A stretch of DNA of 62,485 bases, filler included. It is 5 parts of 5 records of this genome, joined end to end, with 100 filler letters (N's around TTAATTAATTAA, not from the genome) between each part and the next. Parts side by side here need not be neighbours in the genome. Positions count along the whole stretch, not along the records: positions 22,736 to 40,792 come from SRR31156797_7088; 4 more parts are not named here. One strand, 5' to 3'. A program made the translations under genes and the position numbers. Numbering within the stretch: position 1 is the stretch's first letter; every line of letters begins with the position of its first letter. This document shows positions 29,255 through 37,185 of this stretch, one piece after another. The notes beneath the pieces are model-generated. The model was not told where the DNA came from and made no database searches. It saw nothing but the letters and a program-made list of their open reading frames with translations.

Positions 29255-30532
29255 ATGACGAGAGCAAAAAAGTGGCTGTTATTGTCAATTTTGGTGGTGG
29301 TACTCATTTTTGGAGTGTATAATTGTGTTCCCCCACAAGGACAAACGAACACAGATGAGATCAATGCTGAAAAGCAACAGAAAAAAGAAGAAGTCTTAAA
29401 CAGATGTAAATTTCGTTTAAGTAACGGCAACCAGTATATGATACAGCAATCATGGCAGGAAGCCCTAAAAAACTATAAACAGATCATTGATGCAGGCTGT
29501 GCCGAAGAATTTGTAGATCCATTATTTAAAGATATGGCACAATGCTATATGAAGATCGGCAAACCCGATTCTGCTGCATATTTTATTGATCAAGGTTTAA
29601 GTTACGATGCAACAAACCAGCACCTCCTGCAATTATCGGCTTATTATAAAGAACGTGCCGGTGATTACGAAGGTGCCATTGGCATATATCAGCAATACAA
29701 TGCATTATACCTTGATGACGTTGAATACCTGGCTAAACAAGCAAATGCTTATGATATGTTAGGCCTTTATGATGAAGAACTTGATACCTGGGAATATATC
29801 ATTGATGTAGAACCGGATAATAATGATGCTATCAATGCCATCATTACTGTTTTAGGTAAAATGGGACGTGACCCCAAGGAATTCTATAAGAAAGCCTGGG
29901 AAAACAATATGACCGATGCTTCAAAAGGATTGAATTATATCAACGCCCTTTTCAATGAAGGTAACTATACCGAAGCTATTTCTGTTGCAAAACAGACCAT
30001 GTCCTATAATCCCTCAAATGTAACCTTGGTAAAGAAACTTGCCGAGTCCTACGATTATAATGGACAACCTGCAGAAGGTTTAAAAGTTCTGGAAAACTAT
30101 GCTAAAGGCAATCCTCGCGATATCAATATGCAAATCGACGTAACGCTCAGGAACGTTGATTTTGAGAACTACGAAAAAGCTTACCAGATCATTTCCAATG
30201 CTGTAAAACTCGCTCCTCAGAATAGAGAAGTTTATTTTGCTCGTGCAAAAGTTTTGGAGACACTGGCTGAAATGACCACTCTGGAAAAAGGTAAGATCGA
30301 CTGTAACGATAAGATCGTTTACCATATGGCATTTGAAGATTACAAAAAATCAAAGGATTTGGGCAACTTTAATGCTCAATTCAGATTGAAATATCTATAT
30401 GATAGTGATCTGACAATTGCCAAAGCAAAAGACCGTTTCCTTATCGGTGATGCCAATAAGGTCAACGCGAATACTTACAAACCTTTAGGAGCTAGTTATT
30501 CGTGGATTACAAGGACAGTAACCGTAGAATAA
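29255..30532 (+). CDS. TPR repeat lipoprotein
   Basis: Lipobox-like VYNC; multiple TPR-like helix pairs. Confidence 0.8.
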   Translation: MTRAKKWLLLSILVVVLIFGVYNCVPPQGQTNTDEINAEKQQKKEEVLNRCKFRLSNGNQYMIQQSWQEALKNYKQIIDAGCAEEFVDPLFKDMAQCYMKIGKPDSAAYFIDQGLSYDATNQHLLQLSAYYKERAGDYEGAIGIYQQYNALYLDDVEYLAKQANAYDMLGLYDEELDTWEYIIDVEPDNNDAINAIITVLGKMGRDPKEFYKKAWENNMTDASKGLNYINALFNEGNYTEAISVAKQTMSYNPSNVTLVKKLAESYDYNGQPAEGLKVLENYAKGNPRDINMQIDVTLRNVDFENYEKAYQIISNAVKLAPQNREVYFARAKVLETLAEMTTLEKGKIDCNDKIVYHMAFEDYKKSKDLGNFNAQFRLKYLYDSDLTIAKAKDRFLIGDANKVNANTYKPLGASYSWITRTVTVE

Positions 30533-30966
30533 TATATATCGGCTCAGATCATGCCGGTTTTGAAGCAAAATCCCATGTTATTGATTATGTCAGTAACATG
30601 GGATATTCTATTATAGACAAAGGTACATTTACCGATGAATCGGTAGATTATCCTGATTTTGGCGTAGCGGTCGGAAAGGCTGTTGCCAATGATCCCGAAA
30701 GTTCCGGTATCATTATTTGTGGTACAGGTATAGGGATCAGTATAGCAGCAAACAAGGTAAAGGGTATTAGAGCTGCTTTATGTACTACTCCCCAACATGC
30801 GGAAATGGCTCGTAAACATAATAATGCAAATATCCTTTCAATGGGTGCGCGCATGACCCCGCTGAAAGAAATGGAAGCTATTATTGATACATGGTTTTCC
30901 AGTGATTTCGAAGGCGATCGTCATCAGCGCAGAGTAGATAAAATTCATTCATTAACTAACAAATAG
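30502..30966 (+). CDS. rpiB: Ribose 5-phosphate isomerase B
   Basis: IGSDHAG, SVDYPD, ICGTGIG.SIAANK..GIRAAL, HNNAN, RHQRRV. Confidence 0.97.
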   Translation: MDYKDSNRRIIYIGSDHAGFEAKSHVIDYVSNMGYSIIDKGTFTDESVDYPDFGVAVGKAVANDPESSGIIICGTGIGISIAANKVKGIRAALCTTPQHAEMARKHNNANILSMGARMTPLKEMEAIIDTWFSSDFEGDRHQRRVDKIHSLTNK

Positions 30967-30975
30967 TGGTGCTAC

Positions 30976-32277
30976 ATGTACGAAAACATTAAAAAGAGTG
31001 ATCCTGCATTATTCAATACCATTAAAAATGAACTTGGTAGACAGCGTGAAGGTTTAGAAATGATAGCTTCAGAGAATTTTGTCTCAAAAGCAGTTCTTGA
31101 AGCTTCCGGTAACATTATGACAAATAAATATGCCGAAGGGTATCCCGGAAAGCGTTACTATGGTGGTTGCGAATGCGTTGATGATGCTGAAAACCTTGCA
31201 CGTGATCGTGCAAAAGAACTTTTTAAATGTGAGTATGCTAACGTACAACCGCATTCGGGCTCACAAGCCAATATGGCAGTATATCATACTTTATTGAAAC
31301 CCGGTGACACAGTTCTGGGAATGAACCTGGCACATGGCGGCCACCTCACCCATGGTTCTCCAGTGAATTTTTCCGGAAAACTTTTTAATATTGTTGCCTA
31401 TGGTGTAAAAAAAGATTCAGGCTTAATAGATTATGATGATGTAGCTGAACAAGCCCGAAAGCACAAACCCAAGCTCATTATTGCAGGTGCGAGTGCATAT
31501 TCAAGACATTATGATTTTGCCAAATTCAGAGAGATCGCTGATGAGGTGGGAGCTTTTCTAATGGCTGACATTGCTCATCCCGCTGGTTTGATCGCAGCCG
31601 GTCTACACCCCTCACCCATTCCGTACTGTGATGTTGTAACTACCACTACTCATAAGACATTACGAGGTCCCAGAGGTGGTATGATCTTGATGGGAAAAGA
31701 CGTCGAAAATCCTTTTGGAGTTGTTGCTCCGAAATCCGGTAGAGTAAAAATGATGTCGGAATTATACGATTCCATGGTCATGCCCGGAATTCAAGGGGGA
31801 CCGCTTATGCATATCATCGCTGCAAAAGCTGTCGCTTTTGGTGAAGCGCTGAAGCCCGAATTTAAGGAATACTCTCAAAAAGTCATCAATAATGCAAAAG
31901 CACTTGCCGATGCATTACTTGGTTACGGTTTTGATCTTGTATCGGGCGGAACAGACAATCACTTGATATTAATTGATTTACATAATAAAAATATTACAGG
32001 CAAAAAAGCCGAAACATCTTTAGTTTCAATCGGTTTAACTTCCAATAAGAACATGGTGCCATTTGATGAGCGTTCGCCTTTCATTACCAGCGGTATGAGA
32101 TTGGGAACACCTGCCTTGACAAGCAGAGGCTTTAAAGAAGAAGATATGAAAGAGATAGCGGGGATCATTCACAGCGTAATCTCCGATCCTGATAATGAAT
32201 CTGTTTTAGAACAGGCAAAGATCGATGTTTTACGCCTATCATCAAAGTATCCACTATATGAGGATTTCGTGCTATGA
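30976..32277 (+). CDS. glyA: Serine hydroxymethyltransferase
   Basis: [41 protein letters not shown]. Confidence 0.98.
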   Translation: MYENIKKSDPALFNTIKNELGRQREGLEMIASENFVSKAVLEASGNIMTNKYAEGYPGKRYYGGCECVDDAENLARDRAKELFKCEYANVQPHSGSQANMAVYHTLLKPGDTVLGMNLAHGGHLTHGSPVNFSGKLFNIVAYGVKKDSGLIDYDDVAEQARKHKPKLIIAGASAYSRHYDFAKFREIADEVGAFLMADIAHPAGLIAAGLHPSPIPYCDVVTTTTHKTLRGPRGGMILMGKDVENPFGVVAPKSGRVKMMSELYDSMVMPGIQGGPLMHIIAAKAVAFGEALKPEFKEYSQKVINNAKALADALLGYGFDLVSGGTDNHLILIDLHNKNITGKKAETSLVSIGLTSNKNMVPFDERSPFITSGMRLGTPALTSRGFKEEDMKEIAGIIHSVISDPDNESVLEQAKIDVLRLSSKYPLYEDFVL

Positions 32278-32738
32278 GATGTCCGAACTGCGGATTTGAA
32301 GAAAATAAGGTGATCGATTCCAGACCTCTTACGAAAGAGAACGGAATTCGTCGACGTCGTGAATGTGAAAAATGCAAATACCGTTTTACGACCTATGAAT
32401 ATGTAAGCCTTACCACTGCTCTAGTTGTAAAGAATAACGGGGCTAGGGAAGAATTCAACCGGGAGAAGCTCATCAGAAGTATCTCTCTTGCTTGCGTAAA
32501 ACGTCCCATTTCAATGGAAACCATTCACAATATTGTGAAATCAGTTGAGAACAGAATACTTAGCGAAGGCATGGTTGAAATACCTTCTAAAGAGATTGGT
32601 GAAACAGTGATCGATGCATTAAAAGGAATTGATAAAGTTTCTTACATACGATTTGCCTCGGTCTACCATGAATTCGAATCCGTAGATGAATTTCATAAAC
32701 GAATTCAGGATCTTGAGCAAAACGGAGATAAAGCCTGA
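32274..32738 (+). CDS. nrdR: Transcriptional repressor NrdR
   Basis: [30 protein letters not shown] cone, YIRFASVY. Confidence 0.97.
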   Translation: MRCPNCGFEENKVIDSRPLTKENGIRRRRECEKCKYRFTTYEYVSLTTALVVKNNGAREEFNREKLIRSISLACVKRPISMETIHNIVKSVENRILSEGMVEIPSKEIGETVIDALKGIDKVSYIRFASVYHEFESVDEFHKRIQDLEQNGDKA

Positions 32739-32833
32739 TTAGCTATTTTTTAATTGACTTTTAGGTATTTATTAACAATATTTATACGATAAATAAAAGA
32801 GGTAAAATATACATATCAGTTAGCTAAAGGTGC

Positions 32834-32927
32834 TTGACAAAATAGAAGTTTAAGTTAAGGTGTCGCATCTTATAACGATATGGTTTAGCATGAGCGTTAT
32901 AAGATCGCTCATTTTTATTTAGGAGAC
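32834..32927 (+). promoter_or_regulatory. Putative porV promoter (TTGACA-N16-TAAGGT) and structured 5' leader
   Basis: Perfect -35; 11-bp inverted repeat 32867-32877/32895-32905 overlapping the hairpin ATGAGCG-N9-CGCTCAT-TTTTATTT; AGGAGA RBS. Confidence 0.5.
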
Positions 32928-32933
32928 AGTTTT

Positions 32934-34313
32934 ATGAAACGAAAAGTATTTACGATCTTATTGGGTATTATGTTGACCGTATCCTCAGCATTTGCTATTA
33001 CAAATACCGGTGCCGTTTGGCTTTTGATCGCACCCGGTGCACGTGCTGAAGCTATGGGCGAAGCCCAGGTTGCTATTGCCGATGATGCATATGCATCATA
33101 TTATAACCCGGCGGGTTTGGCATATATGGAGAAAAACGAGATCGGTGCCATGTACTCAAAATGGTTGCCTAACCTTGTAAATGATATGTACTATACTTTT
33201 TTAACCGGTGGTTATCATGTTCCTAATGTGGGTACATTCGGTGGACATGCCATTTACCTGAACCTTGGTGAACAACAATGGACAGATGAATATGGAACCA
33301 GTCTTGGTACATTTATCTCATACATGACCGCTATTTCAGCGTCCTATGCCACCAAAGTTACCGATAATTCAGCCATTGGTGTTAACCTAAAGTTTGCCTA
33401 TCAGATGCTAAGCCAGGTTTCTACCGGAACTGAACAAGGTGACGGTGATTCATTTCACCTTGGTTTCGATTTCGGTTATCAAGTCAGAAATCTCCTGAAC
33501 GGACATCTCGACCTTGGTTTTGCCGTTTCAAATATCGGTCCCAAGATCGCTTTTGTTGATAAAGCTCAGGCAGATCCTCAACCTACGAACCTGAAATTGG
33601 GTTTTAACGTAAATATCCTGAAACAAGAACACAACGATCTGTCATTTGTCATGGATTTCAATCGTATTCTTGCCAGCTCACATCCTGCTATGGATGCCAA
33701 TGGCAACTATATCATTGAACTGGGCAGCCCACTTGAAGGCGCCGGTGGTGAAGAAAGCTATACCGACAATTGGTTTGTCGGCATTTTTAACTCATTTACC
33801 GATGACTGGAAATACACCGGTGATATCGACCTTAGTGGTGACGGGGTCATTGGCGGTTATGATGACGAAGGAAACCCACAAGGTTGGTACAATCAACAAG
33901 GTGAAAAGATCAACCCGGTCGGAAGCAACTGGGTAAATAGTGTTACCGGTGCAACTGTTACAGGTCCCGGAACATGGAATTCAACGGGTACCGAAGAAGA
34001 AGGCTGGGGCGAATATGGCAGTAACGCCGATAATTTCGCTGAAGACACCAAAGAAGTTGGTTCGGAATCCAGCGGTAAATTCAGCAATGAATTGCGCGAG
34101 ATCATTTATAATATGGGTATTGAATACGTCTATGACAAAATGTTCGCACTGCGCGCAGGATTTATTTATGACCAGGAAGGCGACGTCATGAACCCGACAC
34201 TCGGTTTTGGGTTTATTTATCGCGGACTTGGATTTGACTTTGCCTATACAGGTGGAGCAGAAGGTCACCCTTTAGCCAACACAATGCGTTATAGTTTAAG
34301 ATACGAATTCTAA
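32934..34313 (+). CDS. porV: PorV family outer membrane protein (type IX secretion shuttle homologue) with a large insertion
   Basis: ITNTGAVWLLIAPGARAEAMGE, YYNPAGLA, YSKWLP.LVNDMY, SNIGPKI, PTNLKLG, HPLANTMRYSLRYEF match the PorV pattern. Confidence 0.85.
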   Translation: MKRKVFTILLGIMLTVSSAFAITNTGAVWLLIAPGARAEAMGEAQVAIADDAYASYYNPAGLAYMEKNEIGAMYSKWLPNLVNDMYYTFLTGGYHVPNVGTFGGHAIYLNLGEQQWTDEYGTSLGTFISYMTAISASYATKVTDNSAIGVNLKFAYQMLSQVSTGTEQGDGDSFHLGFDFGYQVRNLLNGHLDLGFAVSNIGPKIAFVDKAQADPQPTNLKLGFNVNILKQEHNDLSFVMDFNRILASSHPAMDANGNYIIELGSPLEGAGGEESYTDNWFVGIFNSFTDDWKYTGDIDLSGDGVIGGYDDEGNPQGWYNQQGEKINPVGSNWVNSVTGATVTGPGTWNSTGTEEEGWGEYGSNADNFAEDTKEVGSESSGKFSNELREIIYNMGIEYVYDKMFALRAGFIYDQEGDVMNPTLGFGFIYRGLGFDFAYTGGAEGHPLANTMRYSLRYEF

Positions 34314-34335
34314 AAATCACCACTCGGAAAGCGCC

Positions 34336-37185
34336 ATGAAAAAACTTGTTCTTTTCGTCTGGATAATTTTCAGCTTCCTTCCTTTGGAAGCTGAAATCTT
34401 ATCACAACAAATTTCTGCCGGAACGCGAGACCTGCTTGCCATCCGCGTAGATTTTCAAGAAGACAATACAACTCTGACTACCGGAAACGGCAAATTCGTC
34501 ATTGATGAATGGATCGGACATGATACGACATATGTTCTTGACCCCCTTCCCCACGACCGCGATTATTTTGCATCTCACTTAAGTTTTATCAATAATTACT
34601 GGGATGCGGCTTCTAATGGACGGATCAACATCAATGCCGATAATGCCTATCTACTACCTTCAGATGATAATGTTTACACATTACCTGAAGCGATGAGGTA
34701 TTACTCTGATCCTGACAGTTTAGATTACCGTTTAGCCAAAATGGTTTATGAAACGGTCATGATGGCTGTGGATTCGGGAGGATATCTGTCAGATAATGAT
34801 GGATTGATCATTTATCATGCGGGTGCAGGTCAGGATTTCAAGATCGATCTGGATAACTCGCCATTCGATATTCCTTCTTTTTATTTTGATGAAGACTATC
34901 TGATGGAATACCTTCCTTATGCTCAATACTCCGAACTTGCGGCCGTCAATTGTTTTCAAGGTGTTGTATTACCGGAATCTCAAAACCAGTTAAAGGTCAA
35001 CATTGCATTGAATGGCACTGAGATCCTTTTAACCGGTATGTTATTGGGATTACCTACGTTATACGATACTGAATTCGGTCGCTCGGGTGCCGGAGCATTC
35101 GGTCTTATGGATCAAGGTTCCAATACGGGTAGCGGACTTTGTCCGATCAAACCCTCTGCTTTCGAACGATATCTCCTGGGTGCGGTTGAACCGGTTAATG
35201 TGACCGGATCTCAGTCAATTACCATGTTGCGTGATGAAGTATACAAATTAGCGATCACATCAAATGAATACTTTTTAATTGAATTTAGAAAAAATGCCGG
35301 TATGTGGGCGGACTCACTCATGTGGTCACGTGACGATATCGGAGATTACTTGGATGTCCTGCGTGTTTTCGATTCTTTGGGTCTGGTAGATTATACACTT
35401 GAGAATGGCGTATTAACTGATATTTCAGATCTGGATCTGGGTCTTCCTACAAACGGACTACTGATATGGCATATCGTTGAGCCTGAAGAATTTGGTGATA
35501 ACCCGAACGCTCAGGACGATTGGTTCCTTAATTTGGTAGAAGCCGATGGCGGTGACGATATCGGTAAATGGTACGGTACCTTTGACCCTTCGGTCAATAA
35601 CGGTTGGAAATGGGATATTTGGTTTGAAAACAATCCTGCCTATGAAGACAATAATCCCTTATCCTATAAAATGCAATTCAATGATTCTTCACACCCAAAT
35701 ACACGCTCAAAAGAAGGCATATTAAGCCGGATCAACATCAATGATTTCAAATTCTACCCGGATTCCGTTGTCATTCAACTGTACATGGAAACTGATGCTG
35801 AATTTAATTTTGACGGTATGATCTTTGATGAACTGACAACGTCATTTGAAGATGTAATGCCTGATTCAAAACTATTAGTTGGATACCAAGACAGCTCCGT
35901 CATGCTTTTTGATGGAAATACAGCATGGGAAATATATCAGAATGACAGCGCATATGTTAAAGGTCAAACTGCTTTTCTTTCCTATGACAACAGTCTGGTG
36001 CAGATCACAAATACGGAAACATCTTCGGAAATATCTTACCTTGCAAACACAGGCGGCTTGATCGCTTTAAGTGAGATGAATAATACTCGGATCGCGCATC
36101 CTGTTGATCTTGAGCATATTGCTATTCACGGTGATACTTTGTTCCTGCCTCCAGTAGCTATAGAAGTACCGGCCGGAACTGATGTTTCTCCTCAACCACG
36201 TGCGATATACAAAGTAGATCTTGCTTCATGGTCCTTTGTTGAGATCGATGAAACGATCAATATGATCGTTCCCTATATTGAGAACAATAAGATCCAATAT
36301 TCTTCGAGTAATACGGCAGCCGTCATCAATGGTGATCTGGTCAGCTCTGAGTTCATAAGTTTCAGCATCAATGATTCACTGGTGATCAGAGAATATCCTC
36401 TGGGCTATGATTATAGCGATATTCATTGGGATTATTTTCCATCTCTGTATGCCGACACACATATACTGACGCAATTGATCCCAATACATATGAATAATGA
36501 TGGTAAATATGAAGTCCTTGCATTAACTATGTTCGAAGGCAAAAAAACACTTTCCGCATTTTCCCATAACGGCCCCCTTTTGAATAACTTCCCGATATTT
36601 AAAGATTATACGGAAATTAGAGTTTTGGATGGGTATGGAAGTCCACAGATCGTCGCTTATGATCCTTCAGGAATTATTGATATCATTAACTCTGATGGTT
36701 CCACATATATTTCTTTACCCGCTCCTGTCGACGCAGCTTCGTTCTTTATTGAACAGGTAGCTGCCGATACGGCATGGATCGTTGCAGACGGCAGTATTTA
36801 TCCTCTACCATCTTCTGGTGTATATTGGGGATATAATGGTAAAGATGCAGCTTATAGCAATGCTGTTACCGATTTTAAATCTACAGTACCTTTAGGATCC
36901 TCTAGTCTGATCACCTATTCGATCTATAATTATCCGAATCCCATTGAAGGAAGCCGAACAAAGTTCCGTTTCTTTGCTACCGGAGCTACACATGCAACGA
37001 TCAATATCTATTCCCTGGATGGGCGATTTATCACCAGATTGGAACAGAATGTTATCGACCAGCAATGGAACGAGATCCCTTGGTTCGTTGACGGTGAGGA
37101 ATCCGGTGTCTATCTTGCCAAGATCGATATCACGGATGGTACAACAACAGAAACCTATTTTGTAAAACCGGCAATATTGAAATAA
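34336..37185 (+). CDS. M6/immune-inhibitor-A-like protein lacking HExxH, with a T9SS type A C-terminal sorting domain
   Basis: Signal peptide; LAIRVDF, IIYHAGAG, LGLPTLYDT, FGLMDQG, EYFLIEFR, GLLIWHI, LVEADG; C-terminal YNYPNP...IYSLDGR...SGVYLAKI...KPAILK. Confidence 0.8.
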   Translation: MKKLVLFVWIIFSFLPLEAEILSQQISAGTRDLLAIRVDFQEDNTTLTTGNGKFVIDEWIGHDTTYVLDPLPHDRDYFASHLSFINNYWDAASNGRININADNAYLLPSDDNVYTLPEAMRYYSDPDSLDYRLAKMVYETVMMAVDSGGYLSDNDGLIIYHAGAGQDFKIDLDNSPFDIPSFYFDEDYLMEYLPYAQYSELAAVNCFQGVVLPESQNQLKVNIALNGTEILLTGMLLGLPTLYDTEFGRSGAGAFGLMDQGSNTGSGLCPIKPSAFERYLLGAVEPVNVTGSQSITMLRDEVYKLAITSNEYFLIEFRKNAGMWADSLMWSRDDIGDYLDVLRVFDSLGLVDYTLENGVLTDISDLDLGLPTNGLLIWHIVEPEEFGDNPNAQDDWFLNLVEADGGDDIGKWYGTFDPSVNNGWKWDIWFENNPAYEDNNPLSYKMQFNDSSHPNTRSKEGILSRININDFKFYPDSVVIQLYMETDAEFNFDGMIFDELTTSFEDVMPDSKLLVGYQDSSVMLFDGNTAWEIYQNDSAYVKGQTAFLSYDNSLVQITNTETSSEISYLANTGGLIALSEMNNTRIAHPVDLEHIAIHGDTLFLPPVAIEVPAGTDVSPQPRAIYKVDLASWSFVEIDETINMIVPYIENNKIQYSSSNTAAVINGDLVSSEFISFSINDSLVIREYPLGYDYSDIHWDYFPSLYADTHILTQLIPIHMNNDGKYEVLALTMFEGKKTLSAFSHNGPLLNNFPIFKDYTEIRVLDGYGSPQIVAYDPSGIIDIINSDGSTYISLPAPVDAASFFIEQVAADTAWIVADGSIYPLPSSGVYWGYNGKDAAYSNAVTDFKSTVPLGSSSLITYSIYNYPNPIEGSRTKFRFFATGATHATINIYSLDGRFITRLEQNVIDQQWNEIPWFVDGEESGVYLAKIDITDGTTTETYFVKPAILK

